The notes beneath the pieces are model-generated. The model was given only the letters and a program-made list of their open reading frames with translations. It was not told the DNA's origin and did not search any database. Positions 24,273 to 36,755 of a stretch of DNA of 64,000 nt are shown piece after piece. Both the position numbers and the translations under genes were made by a program. Source of the stretch: Squalus acanthias (taxonomy: Eukaryota); the NCBI GenBank assembly GCA_030390025.1, contig CM059432.1, forward strand, positions 6,138,001 through 6,202,000, in the 5' to 3' direction. Numbering within the stretch: the first letter of the stretch is position 1; every line of letters begins with the position of its first letter.

Positions 24273-25029
24273 TTCATCGCAGGAGACAAGGGACAAGGAA
24301 AATAATTTTTTATAATATGAAGAATTAAGAAACGAAAGATTTTGAGAAGGGAAGGGCAAAGAATAAATGAATAAATAAGGTACTTTCAACTTAAGCAAAT
24401 ACTGCAACTAACATGGGAGGTATAGCAAAATAATATTTGATCATGTAAATAACTGGGAATAAGAGATTTAGAGTAGAGAAGAAAGTTACTTGAACCTACT
24501 GTTTAAGTTTTCTAAAGCAGTAGATAAATATTATACCGCATGTATATTTCAGTAATATTCAGCTATGTAATATTTCTACCATGGAGCAATCGCGGTTTAT
24601 TAGTGATGGGAAACTGCTGGCAGACTTAGGCTGCAGGGAACATCAAAAATTCCACTGTGGGTCTTGCATCCCAGTGAGCAATACCACAGGTATTATATAT
24701 ATTAGGCTGTTTAACAGGGTGCTGGCAGCTACTGTAACAAAGGTATATGTGACACCGATTTGAGTCCAGTGGTTGCTGGGACCACAAAAAAACTTGGAGA
24801 AATTGTACCACAATGCCAACAAGCGAGTCAGATTTTCGGGGGCCTAATGCATGTTCTGGCAACTCAACTGCAAGCAACTGATAGTTACGGAACTTTTTCA
24901 ATCTGATATTATCCGACAAAAAGTTCCAGAAATGATTATTGCAATTTTGCTGCCGGTATCGTATGTAAACTTTTTGGGCTCATAGATAGCACTAATGTGT
25001 AGCTTAAGTTGCTCAGAAAAACAATTTTT

Positions 25030-27410
25030 TTTTATTATTTATTCCTAGGATGTAGGCATCTCTGGCAAGCTCCGCAATTATTGCCCATCCCTAATTGCCC
25101 TCGAGAAGGTGGTGGTGAGCCGCCGTCTTGAACCGCTGCAGTGCTTGTGGTGAAGGTACTCCCAACAGTGCTGTTCAGGAGGGAGTTCTAGGATTTTGAC
25201 CCAGTGACGATGAAGGAACGGCGATATATTTCCAAGTCAGGATGGTGTGCAACTTGGAGGAGAACTTGGAAGTGTTGGCGTTCCCATGCGCCTGCTGCCC
25301 TTATCCTTCTAGGTGGTAGAGGTTGCGGCTTTGGGAGGTGCTGCCGAAGAAGCATCGGCGAGTTGCTGCAGTGCATCTTGGAGATGGTACACACTGCAGA
25401 CAGGTTGCGCCGGTGGTGGAGGGAGTGAATGTTTAAGGTGGTGGATGGGGTGCCAATCAAGCGGGCTGCTTTGTCCTGGATGGTGTTGCGCTTCTTCAGT
25501 GTTGTTGGAGCTACACTCATCCAAGCAAGTGGAGAGTATTCATCACACTTCTGACTGTGCCTTGTAGATGGTGGAAAGGGCTTTGGGGAGCACGAGGTAA
25601 GACACTCGCCGCAGAATACCCAGCCTCTGACCTGCTCTTGTAGCCACAGTATTTATGTGGCTGGTCCATTTAAGTTTCTGGTCAATAGTGACCCCCAGGA
25701 TGTTGATGGTGGGGGATTCGGCGATGGTAATGCCGTTGAATGTCAAGGGGCGGTGGTTAGACTCTCGCTTGTTGGAGATAGTCATTGCCTGGCACTTGCG
25801 TGGCGTGAATGTTACTTGCCACCCATCAACCCAAGCCTGAATATCATCCAGGTCTTGCTGCATTCGGGCATGAACTGTTTCATTATCTGAGGAGTTGCGA
25901 ATGGAACTGAACACTGTGCAATCATCAGCGAACATCCCCACTTATGACCTTATGATGGAAGGAAGGTCATTGATGAAGCAGCTGAAGATGGTTGGGCCTA
26001 GGACACTGCCCTGAGGAACTCCTGCTGCGATGTCCTGGTGCTGAGATGATTGACCTCCAACAACCACAACCATCTTCCTTTGTGCTAGGTATGACTCCAG
26101 CCAGGGGAGAGTTTTCACCGATTCCCATTGACTTCAGTTTTATGAGGGCTCCTTGATGCCGCACTCTGTCAAATGTTGCCTTGATGTCAAGGGCAGTCAC
26201 TCTCACCTCACCTCTGGAATTCAGCTCTTTTGTCCATGTTTGGACCAAGGCTGTAACGAGGTCTGGAGCCGAGTTGTACTGGCGGAATCCAAATTGAGCA
26301 TTGGTGAGCAGGTTATTGGCGAGTGCCGCTTGATAGCGCTGTTGATGACACCTTCCATCACTTTACTGATGATTGAGAGTAGACTTATGGGGCGGTAATT
26401 GGCCAGATTGGATTTGTCCTGCTTTTCGTGGACAGGACATACCTGGGCAGTTTTCCACATTGTCGGGTAGATACCAGTGTTGTAGATGTACTGGAACAGC
26501 TTGGCTAGAGGTGCAGCTAGTTCTGGAGCACAAGTCTTCAGCACGACAGCCAGGCTGTCGTCAGGGCCCATAGCCTTTGCTGTATCAAGTGCGCTCAGCT
26601 GTTTCTTGATATCATGCGGAGTGAATCGAATTGGCTGAAGTCTGACTTCTGTGATGACGGGGACCTCAGGAGGAGGCCGATATGGATCATTCACTCGGCA
26701 CTTCTGGCTGAAGATGGTTGCAAACGCTTCAGCCTTATCTTTTGCATTTGCGTGCTGGGCTCCGCCATCATTGAGGATCAAGATATTCTTGGAGCCTCCT
26801 CCTCCCGTTAGTTGTTTAATTGTCCACCACCATTCATGACTGGATGTGGCAGGACTGCAGAGCTTTGATCTGATCCCTTAATTGTGGTATTGCTTAGCCC
26901 TGTCTACGGCATGCTGCTTCAGCATTTTAGCATGTAGTCCTGTGTTGCAGCTTCCCCAGGTTGGCACCTCATTTTTAGGTCTGCCTGGTGCTGCTCCCGG
27001 CATGCTCTTCTGCACTCCTCATTGAACCAGGGTTGGTCCCCTGGCTTGATGGTAATGGTAGAGTGAGGGATATGCCAGGACATGAGGTTACAAATTGTTG
27101 TGGAATACAATTCTGCTGCTGCTGCTGATGGCCCACAGCACCTCATGGATGCACAGTTTTGAGCGGTTAGATCTGTTCTGAATCTATCCCATTTAGCACA
27201 GTGGTCATGCTACACAACACGATGGAGGGTGTTCTCAGTGTGTAAACGAGATTTTGTCTCCAGAAGGACTGTGCGGTGATCACTGCTACCAGTACTGTCA
27301 TGGACAGATGCATCTGCGACAGGTAGATTGGGGAGGACGAGGTCAAGTCGGTTTTTCCCTCGTGTTGGTTCTCTCACCACCTGCCGCAGTCCTAGTCGGG
27401 CAGCTATGTC
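25030..27410 (-). mobile_element. Second long copy of the 6913-10160 LINE family (RT region and 3' end); continues at 29545-29940
   Basis: Collinear reverse-complement similarity to ~7750-10160; FADD, NYRPISLL, MSVAPTTLKK. Confidence 0.92.
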
Positions 27411-29544
27411 CAGCTATGCTGGAAACAGCAACACAACTCGAGAACAAGAAAGCTGTTCTACAGACGCCTGAAGGCCGAGGTCCAACAAAAAACTTGTGAC
27501 CTAAAGAACAGGTGGTGGGCGGAGAAAGCGCAGGAGATCCAGCAGCTAGCCGACAACCACGACGTGCATAGATTCTTTAGCGCAGTCAAGACCGCCTACG
27601 GCCCAAGCACCCAAGGTCCTACCCCACTGCGGGCCAAGAACAGAGAGGTACTCATCAAGGACAGGGCAGTCAGTGCCCACTGGAAGGAGCACTTCGAAGA
27701 TCTCCTTAACCGAGACTCTGTCTTCGACGCGAGTGTCCTCAACTCCATCCCGCAGCATGCTACCCACCACCATCTCAGCACAACCCCAGCCCGGCATGAG
27801 GTTGAAAAGGCCATCCGACAACTGGACAACAACAAGGCCTCAGGAGCAGATGGAATCCCTGCCGAGGCGCTAAAGCATGGCGGAGAAGCACTACTGGCGC
27901 GAATTCATGAACTAATTTCTCTTATCTGGAAAGAGGAGAGCATGCCAGGGGATCTCAGATACGCCATAATTGTGACCATCTTCAAGAAAGGTGACAAGTC
28001 CGATTGCGGTAATTACAGAGGAATTTCCCTGCTGTCTGCCACAGGGAAAGTCATCGCAAGAATCCTCCTCAATCACCTTCTCCCAGTGGCTGAAGAGCTC
28101 CTCCCAGAGTCGCAATGCGGATTCCGCCCACTAAGGGGCACAATGGACATGATCTTCACCGCATGCCAATTACAAGAGAAATGCAGGGAACAGCACCAAC
28201 CGCTATACATGGCCTTCTTTGACCTCACAAAGGCCTTTGACACTGTCAACCGTGAGGGATTATGGAGTGTCCTCCTCAAATTCTGCTGCCCTCAAAAGTT
28301 TGTCACCATCCTCTGCCTGCTTCACGACGACATGCAAGCCGTGATCCTGACCAACGGTTCCACCACAGACCCAATTCATGTACGGACCGGGGTCAAGCAA
28401 GGCTGTGTCATCGCACCAACGCTCTTCTCGATCTTCCTTGCAGCACTGCTCCATCTCACCCTCAGTAAGCTCCCCGCTGGAGTGGAGCTAATTTACAGAG
28501 CAAACGGGAAACTGTTCAACCTCCGTCGCCTCCAGTCCAGATCCAAGGTTGTCCCTTCCTCTGTCGTCGAATTACAGTATGCAGACGACGCTTGCGTCTG
28601 CGCTCACTCAGAGGTCGAACTCCAAACCATCGTTAACACCTTTACCGAAGCGTACGAGAGCATGGGCCTTACACTAAACATCCATAAGACAAAGGTCCTC
28701 TACCAACCTGCCCCCGCCACACAGTACTGTCCCCCAATTATCAAAATCCATGACAAGGCCTTGGACAACGTAGATCACTTTCCATACCTCGGGAGCCTAC
28801 TGTCAACAAGGGCAGACGTCGATGACGAAGTCCAACACCGCCTTCAGTGTGCCAGTGCAGCCTTCGGTTGCCTGAGGAAGAGTGTTTGAAGACCAGGACC
28901 TCAAACCCGGCACCAAGCTCATGGTCTACAGAGCAGTAGTAATACCCGCCCTCCTGTACACCTCAAAGCACTGGAGAGGTACCACCAACGCTGCCTCCGC
29001 AAGATCCTGCAAATCCATTGGCAGGATAGGCACACCAACGTCAGTGTTCTCGCTCAGGCCAACATCCCCAGCATCGAAGCTTTGGCCACGCTTGATCGGT
29101 TCCGATGGACGGGTCACATCGTCCGCATGCCCGATTCGAGACTCCCAAAACAAGCGCTCTACTCGGAGCTCCGACACGGCAAGAGAGCCCCAGGTGGGCA
29201 GAGGAAACGCTTCAAGGGCACCCTCAAAGCCTCCTTGAAAAAGTGCAACATCCCCACCGACACCTGGGAATCCCTGGCCCAAGACCGCACAAAGTGGAGG
29301 AGAAGCATCCGGGAAGGCGCCGAATACCTCGAGTCTCTTCGCCGGGAGCAAGCGGAAGCCAAGCGCAAACAGTGGAAGGAGCGCACGTCAACCCAAGTAC
29401 CCCACCCACCCGCCCCTTCAACCACCGTCTGCCCCACCTGTGACAGAGACTGTCGGTCCGGCATTGGACTCATCAGTCACCTGAGAACTCATTTTTAATG
29501 TGGAAGCAAGTCATCTTCGGTTCCGAGGGACTGCCTAAGAAGAA
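27411..29544 (+). mobile_element. 5'-truncated RTE-clade LINE (RT ORF 27564-28889, then frameshifts; C-terminal C2H2-like finger)
   Basis: NYRGISLL, ESQCGFR..RGT.DMIF, F.DLTKAFDTV, GVKQGCVIAPTLF, LQYADD, RLPKQALYSEL, CPTCDRDC.S.IGLISHLRTH; short 3' UTR ending in aagaagaag. Confidence 0.92.
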
Positions 29545-29940
29545 GGACAGATGCATCTGCGACAGGTAAATTGGTGAGGACGAGGTCAAGTAGGTTTTTC
29601 CCTCGTGTTGGTTCTCTCACCACCTGCCACAGTCCTAGTCTGGCAGCTATGTCTTTCAGGACTCGGCCAGCTCCGTCAGTAGTGGTGCTCCCAAGCCACT
29701 CTTGGTGATGGACATTGAAGTCCCCCAACCCAGAGTACATTCTGTGCCCTTGCTACCCTTACTGCTTCTTCATGGTGTTCAACATGGAGGAGTACTGATT
29801 CATCAGCTGAGGGAGGGCGGTAGGTGGTAATCAGCAGGAGGTTTCCTTGCCCGTGCTTGACCTGATGCCATGAGACTTCATGGGGTCCAGTGTCCATGTT
29901 GAGGACTCCCAGCGCCACTCCCTCCTGACTGTATACCACT
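29545..29940 (-). mobile_element. APE part of the LINE interrupted by the RTE
   Basis: YSQEGVALGVLN...HEVSWHQVKHGQGNLLLITTYRPPSADES, GDFN. Confidence 0.9.
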
Positions 29941-30359
29941 TGCATTTATATAGCGCCTTTAGAATAGTAAAACGTCCCATGGAAGTTCAGCTTAACTTGT
30001 GTGCTGCCACTCGAGTTATCATATCTCCACTGAATCACATGCCTCTGAGGTTGTAATGGGTGGACATATGTATTGAGTAGGCTATTCTCATCAAATCCAC
30101 TGTTTTTTTTTATGGCTTTGGATTGCAGTGAGTCGAACAGCAGGAGATAGGCTGTAAAGGGCTATAATATTCCAGCACTGAGCAGATAGCAGAGCATGGT
30201 TTGTAGAAGATTCAAATTACTGATGGTGACAAAGTAGTACCTGGGTTTTTTGAGGATTACCACTTTTCTGCTGGCTTTTCCCACCAACAAACACACTTGA
30301 CAGGGTAGACGTTGTGAGGTTGTTTCCCCTGGCTGGGAAGTCTAGAACTAGGAGTCTCA

Positions 30360-31072
30360 GCCTCCGTCATTACCCCTCTGAAACGGACCACAACTTCAGG
30401 ATTTAGTGCATGCGCAGATAAACACGGAAATCCTGAACTTGCGATTAGTCATTCGCTACTCTGACACAGGTTGTGCTGTGGAACTCCTCAAAGCCGGCAA
30501 TCAGTTGAAAACACATAAAAGGTTGAAAACTTCCTCTTTTATGAAGGAATATCGCTGTTAAAAACCAGCAAAAAATTTAAGCTTTGTTGAAAGTGGTGTA
30601 ACTGGGTTTTTAAACGGCGTACTGACTGCTGGACAACCATTCTGACCCTAATAAACTAATTTTATATTTGTGGAATGTTAAATTTTTCCATTACTATTTT
30701 AATAAGAATTACATGTTTTTAATATATTTTTTTAAGTTTATGATATTTCAGCTTCTACCTTAATCATATGTGTATGTCCCAATCTTTATTTCGCTCTCTG
30801 TAAAATTCATAAAAAGTAAAATTAGAATCTATACATTTTACTTCCTGGTTTGCGGTCTGTGAGAATTCTTCAATGTGATTGGCTGCTTGGCCAGCTTGAT
30901 CTCATCACTGTTGCTGGACGGTTAGGATTCGCTTGATTTGGCCCCAGATTCAAACAAAGGTCGGGAGAGCTGAAATTCACGCCACAGAAATCTCTAGATC
31001 TTTGTTGGCAGCTTTCTTTGAGGTCAGCGGCGATTGCCGTTGCTTCGCCACTGACCGCAAATTCAGGGCCAA
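30360..31072. mobile_element. Probable Harbinger-type non-autonomous element remnant
   Basis: Ends in gcaaattcagggcc, similar to gcaatttcagggcc at ~59448-59461; internal hairpin ttcaggattt...aaatcctgaa is shared with 59338-59391; only one terminus is visible. Confidence 0.45.
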
Positions 31073-31199
31073 TGTGTTAAATGACTTGCAAACAACTTAA
31101 TAGAAAACAGCTACTGATGATCTTCCATATCATGTGAGATAATACAGCCATATAGAAAAGACAGAAGAATGTGCAAATAGTGGAGGGGGTAGTGAAAAG

Positions 31200-31410
31200 A
31201 CAACATCCAGGCTTGGGCTGACAAGTAGCATGAAATATTCATGCCACTTAAATGACACCAACTAAGAGGTCCAACCACCTCCCCCTGACCTTGAACAGCA
31301 CTATCATTGCCAAGTCCCCATCAACATGCTGGGGATCACCATTGAGCAGAAGCTCACCTGTACCAGCCATATCAATTACGTGGCAATAAGAGCAGGCCAA
31401 GAGGCTGGGT
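31200..31410 (+). mobile_element. Older diverged fragment of the 6913-10160 LINE family; continues at ~33125-33525
   Basis: caggcttgggctgacaag...caccattgagcagaagctc...agagcaggccaagaggctgggt matches 9345-9570; 33125-33525 matches 9585-10150. Confidence 0.75.
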
Positions 31411-31415
31411 TGTCA

Positions 31416-32680
31416 GCTTGACTAATCTATTGGAATTTTTTGAGGATGTAACTGGTAAAATAGATAAGGGAGAACCAGTGGATGTGGTGTATTTGGACTT
31501 TCAGAAGGCTTTCGATAAGGTCCCGCATAAGAGATTAGCGTGTAAAGTTAAGGCACATGGGATTGGGGGCAAGGTATTGACTTGGATAGAGAACTGGTTG
31601 GCAGACAGAAAGCAAAGAGTTGGAATAAATGGGTCTTTTTCCTAGTGGCAGGCAGAGACTAGTGGGGTACCGCAGGGATCGGTGCTAGGACCCCAGCTAT
31701 TCACAATATATATTAATGATCTAGACGAGGGAATTGGATGTAATATCTCCAAGTTTGCAGACGACACAAAGCTAGGTGGGAGTGTGTGCCATGAGGAGGA
31801 TGCCGAGAAACTCCAGTATGATTTGGACAGGTTGGGTGATTGGGCAGAAGCATGGCAGATGCAATATAATGTGGATAAATGCGAGGTTATCCACTTTGGT
31901 GTCAAAAACAGGAAGGCAGATTATTATCTGAATGGCAATAGATTGGGAGAAGGGGAAGTGCAACGAGACCTGGGTGTCCTTGTGCACCAGTCGCTGAAGG
32001 TAAGCATGCAGGTGCAGCAGGCGGTTAAGAAGGCAAATGGTATGTTGGCCTTCGCAGCGAAAGGGTTTGAGTACAGGAACAAGGATGTCTTGCTGCAGTT
32101 GTACAGGGCCTTGGTGAGACCACACCTTGAGTATTGTGTGCAGTTTTGGTCGCCTTATCTGAGGAAGGATGTTCTTGCCATGGAGGGAGTGCAGCGAAGA
32201 TTCACCAGGCTGATACCTGGGATGGCAGGAATGACGTATGAGGAGAGATTGGGTCGATTGGGCTTATACTCGCTGGAGTTTAGAAGAATGAGAGGGGATC
32301 TCATTGAAACTTATAAAATTCTAACAGGACTAGACAGACTAGATGCAGGAAGGATGTTCCCGATGGTGGGGGAGTCCAGAACCAGGGGTCACAGTCTAAG
32401 GATAAGGGGTAAGCCATTTAGGACTGAGATGAGGAGGAATTTCTTCACCCAGAGAGTGGTGAACCTGTGGAATTCTCTACCACAGAAGGCAGTAGAGGCC
32501 AATTCATTAAATATATTCAAGGAGTTAGATATATTTCTTAAAGCTAAAGGGATCAAGGGATATGGAGAGAAGGCAGGGACAGGGTACTGAATTTGGATGA
32601 TCAGCCATGATCTCATTGAATGGCGGAGCAGGCTCGAGGGGCTGAATGGCCTACTCCTGCTCCTATCTTCTGTGTTTCTG
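31416..32680 (+). mobile_element. Young 5'-truncated CR1 (same subfamily as 19004-21360)
   Basis: ORFs 31418-31645 and 31682-32590 are nearly identical in protein to the C-terminal half of the 764-aa ORF; possible TSD TGTCAG. Confidence 0.93.
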
Positions 32681-32684
32681 TCAG

Positions 32685-33122
32685 ACTTGGCTCAATGGTA
32701 GTACTCTCAGCTCCAAGTCAGAAGGTAATGAGATTAAGCCTCACGCAGGCCAGGCCAACACTTCGGTGCAGTACTGAGTAAGTGCTGCAGTGTCAGAGTG
32801 CTGTTTTTTGGATGAGACGTTAAAGCGAGGCCCTGTCTTCCCTCTCAAGTGGTCATAAAAGATCCCATGGCACTATACAAAGAGCAGGGGAGTTTGCCAC
32901 ACATCTTGGCCAATATTTATCCCTGAAACATCACTAAAACATATTATAAGGTGATTCACCTCATTGCTGTTTGTGGGACCTTGCTGCATGCAAATTGGAT
33001 GCCGTGTTTCCCTACATTCCGATAGTGACTACACTGCAAAAGTATTTATTTGGCTGTGAAGCATTTTGGCATGCCCTTAAGTCGTGAAAGGAGTTATAAA
33101 AATACAAGCTCTTTCTTTTCTT
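32685..33122 (+). mobile_element. DeuSINE-like element
   Basis: tggctcaatggtag head; ggatgagacgttaaagcgaggccctgtc...taaaagatcccatggcact core; L2-like tail. Confidence 0.8.
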
Positions 33123-33549
33123 TCACTGTGTGACAAGTTCCTGACCCCTCAAAACCTCTACCATTTACAAGGCTCAATTGAGGAGTGTAATGAATGCTCA
33201 CCACTCCCCTGCATGAGTGCCATTGCAACAATTCTGAAGAAGCTCAGCACCACCCAGGACGGAGAAGTCTGCTTAATTGGTGCCCAGCCAAGAAGGACAA
33301 GAGGAGCAAGATCATGGGAACACCATCACCTCCAAATCACACATCATCCCGACTTGGGCACATCATCATTATTTCATCAACACTGAGTCAAAGTCCTGGA
33401 ATTCTCTACTTAAAACCATCTTGGAAGCACAAGGACTGCATGGTTCAAGGAGAAAAACCACCACCAACTTCTCAGGCAATAAATGCAGCCTTGCCAGCAT
33501 TGCCCACATCCCAAGAACAAATGTTTTAAAAAATACAGCAACTAGGATT

Positions 33550-34215
33550 TTTTTTATTATTCATTCACAGCATGTGGGCGTCTCTGTCAAGGCCAGCAAT
33601 TTTGCCCATCCCCAATTGCCCTTGTAAAGGTGGTGGTGAGCCGCCTTAATGAACCGCTGCAGTCAGTGTTGTGAAGGTACTCTCACAGTGCTGTTAGGTA
33701 GAGGATGAAGGAACGGCGATATATTTCCAAGTCAGGATGGTGCGTGACTTGGAAGGGAACTTGGAGGTGGCGTTCCCATGCGCTTGCTGCCCTTGCCCTT
33801 CTAGCTGGTAGAGGCCGTGGGGTGGGACGTGCTGTCAACGAAGCCTTGGCGAGTTGCAGTTGTGCATCTTATAGATGGTACACGCTGCAGCCACGGTGCG
33901 CTGGTGGTGGAGGAGTGAATGTTTAAAGGTAGTGGATGTGTTGCCAATCAAGCGGGCTGCTTTGTCCTGGATGGTGTTGAGCTTCTTGAGTGTTGTAGGA
34001 GCTGCACTCATCCAGGCATTCCGTCACACTCCTGACTTGTGTCTTGTAGATGGTGGAAAGGCTTTGGGGATACTGGAGGTGAGTCACTCACCGCAGAATA
34101 CCCAGCCTCTGACCTGCTCTTGTAGCCGAAGTATATGTGTAGCCGGTCCAGTTAAGTTTTCGGTCAATGGTGACCCCCAGGATGTTGATGGTGGGGGATT
34201 CGATGATGGTAATGC
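33550..34215 (-). mobile_element. 3' fragment of the 6913-10160 LINE family
   Basis: Reverse-complement similarity to 9455-10150. Confidence 0.88.
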
Positions 34216-36055
34216 CATCATGGATTCAGCATGAATTTATCCCCTTTCAGCATTTCAAAGGGACTGTTCCTTCTGATGACCTGGTCCACTCTTCCATCAC
34301 CCCCAATATCTGCACCGCTTCCACTGGTATCTTCCCATGAACACGCAAGAGATGCAACACCTGTCCTTTCATCTCCTCCCTTCCCACTACTTCCGGGTGA
34401 AGCAGCGATTTGCTTGTACTTCTTCCAACTTGGTACACTGTATTCGCTGTTCACGATGCGGTTTGCTCTACCTTGGGGATACCAAACCCAGATTGGGTGA
34501 TCACTTTGCTGAACATCTCTGTTCAGTTCGCGATCATGCGGAGCTTCCAACCGCTTGCCACCTTAATTCTCCATCCCACGCCCAATCTGACCTCTCTGTT
34601 GTGAGTGAGGAGGACATAAAAAACCTGCAAGGGGACATAGACAGGCTAAGTAAGTGGGCAGAGATTTGGCAGATGGAATACAACACTGGAAAGTGTGAGG
34701 TGATGCACTTTGGCAGGAAAAATCCTAGAGCAATTTATTATCTTAATGGCAAGAAACTGGAGAATACTGAAGTGCAAAGGGATCTGGGGGTCCTGGTGCA
34801 CGAAACTCAAAAGGTTAGTATGCAGGTGCAGCAAGTGATTAAGAAGGCAAATGGAATGTTGGCTTTCATTGCTAGGGGGATAGAATATAAAAATAGGGAG
34901 GTATTGCTTCAGTTGTACAAGGTATTGGTGAGACCGCACCTGGAATACTGCATACAGTTTTGGTGTCCTTACTTAAGGAAAGACATCCTTGCTCTCGAGG
35001 CAGTGCAAAAAAGGTTCACTCGGTTAATCCCGGGGATGAGGGGGTGGTCATATGAGGAGAGGTTGGGTAGATTGGGACTCTACTCATTGGAGTTCAGAAG
35101 AATGAGAGGCGATCTTATTGAAACATATAAGATTGTGAAGGGGTTGGATCGGGTGGATGCGGGGAGGATGTTCCCGATGACGGGTGAGACTAGAACTAGG
35201 GGACATAGTCTTAGAATAAGGGGCTGCTCTTTCAAAACTGAGATGAGGAGGAACTACTTCACTCAGAGGGTGGTAGGTCCATGGAATATGCTGCCACAAA
35301 AAGCTGTAGAAGCTACATCATTAAATAAATTTAAAACAGAAATAGACAGTTTCCTAGAAGTAAAGGGCATTAAGGGTTACGGGGAGCGGGCAGGAATTTG
35401 GACATGAGTCTAGGTTCGGATCGGTCATGGCCCTGTGGGTAGTGGAGCGGGCCCAGGGACCGTGTAGCCTGATTCTGCTCCTATTTCGTGTGTGCAATTC
35501 TGTTAGATGCAGGAGATGGTTCTGTGATAGTAGATTGGCGGTTAGGATCAGATCAGCCATGATCTTATTGAATGGCGGAGCAGGCTCGAGGGGCCGATTG
35601 GCCTACTCCTGCTCCTATTTCTTATGTTCTTATGTTCTTATGTTCTGTTCTTGGCTTCCTATATTGTTCCAATGAAGCTCAATGCAAGCTCGAGGAACAG
35701 CACCTCATCTTTCTACCAGTCACTTTACAGCCTTCTGGTCTTAACACTGGGTTTAACAACTTTAGACCTTAAGCACCGCTCCCATTTTCTCTCAGATAGC
35801 AGGTGCTGGTAAAGGAGGAAGGCTGCACCAGAGCAACTGTGAGTGGAGGAAGTGTGGGCTGGTGCTTGGGGAGGGGATACCCACAGCTGGCGGGGTGGTC
35901 CGCACCGCTGAGGTCTATCTGCCTCTCTTCCGCCACATTCCTGGGCCATGGGAGCCTTCTCTGCCAGATTTTCCATGCTTCGTTCCTCCTCTGCTGTTCT
36001 GCTATAACCATTTACACTTCCTCTGGACCCACCTTTTGTTTCTATAACTGCTTTT
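34216..36055 (+). mobile_element. Penelope-like element 3' part (GIY-YIG endonuclease and 3' region), split by a CR1 at 34601-35645
   Basis: F.CTSSNLV.CIRCSRCGLLYLG.TK.RLGD.FAEHL.SVR...CH.NSPSH..SDLSV resumes after the CR1 as LG.L.CSNEAQ.KLEEQHLIF; tctgtt is repeated at both CR1 junctions. Confidence 0.85.
34601..35645 (+). mobile_element. 5'-truncated CR1 with doubled 3' UTR (same subfamily as 60420-64000)
   Basis: SEEDIKNLQGDIDRL...GIKGYGERAGIWT; ends in (ttcttatg)n. Confidence 0.93.
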
Positions 36056-36084
36056 GAGCTGAAGATAGACAGAAACAAAGCTCT

Positions 36085-36741
36085 AATATAAAATAAAAAC
36101 AAAAAATGCTGGAGATACTCAGCAGGTCAGGCAGCATCTGTGAAGAGAGAAACAGAGTTAACGTTTCAGGTCGATGACCTTTCGTCAGAACTGGAAAAAA
36201 AGCAGGAAATGGAACAGATTTTTAAGCAAGTGTAGGTCTGGGAAATGGGGGAGGGGATGAAAGAACAAAAGGGAAGGTCTGTGATAGGATAGAAGGCAGG
36301 AGAAGTTAAGAGACATTAAGAGATATTCAAGGCAAAAGGAGATGGTAATGGGACAGGTTAAGAAACAAAGGATGGCTCTGGATGAAGTGTAAATTGCGCT
36401 GGCAGAATGAAAGACAGCTGCCATGTGGGAGAGAAGAACAGAAGGCACAAACAAAAAGTGTGGATAAAAAATATATATATATGATAGGGCCAGGTTATGA
36501 TCTGAAATTGTTGAACTCTATGTTGAGTCCAGAAGGCTGTAAAGTGCCTAATCAAAAGATGAGGTGCTGTTCCTCCAGCTTACGCTGAGCTTCCGTGGAA
36601 CAATGCAAGAGGCCGAGGACGGTGAGGTCTGAGTGGGAGTGGAGCGGTGAATTAAAGTGACAGGCAACCGGAAGCTTGGGGTCCCCCTTACGGACTGAAC
36701 GGAGGTGTTCCGCAAAGCGGTCACCCAATCTGCGAATTAAG
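36085..36741 (-). mobile_element. 5'-truncated Penelope-like element with 14-bp TSD
   Basis: RRLGDRFAEHLRSVR...PVACHFNSP.HSHSDL.VLGLLHC..EAQRKLEEQHLIF; AGAAACAAAGCTCT at 36071-36084 and 36742-36755. Confidence 0.88.
36156..36192 (-). ncRNA. Minimal type I hammerhead ribozyme motif
   Basis: AGUU-CUGACGA-A-AGGUC(AUC)GACCU-GAAA-CG-UU-AACU: intact core, 5-bp stem II, 4-bp stem I, palindromic stem III AACGUU. Confidence 0.82.
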
Positions 36742-36755
36742 AGAAACAAAGCTCT

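Noticed and set aside
24626..24919. ORF starting SDNIRLKK, resembling STK3 SDIIRLRN
   Set aside because: The similarity does not extend, there are no fitting splice sites, and that STK3 exon should lie downstream of exon 2 (below coordinate 2425).
34337..35407. 356-aa ORF fusing a GIY-YIG nuclease to an RT C-terminus, as a possible novel chimeric gene
   Set aside because: It is a 5'-truncated CR1 inserted into a Penelope fragment. The Penelope frame resumes after 35645, tctgtt is duplicated at the junctions, the RT catalytic core is absent and the GIY-YIG part is decayed. An in-frame junction is expected one time in three.
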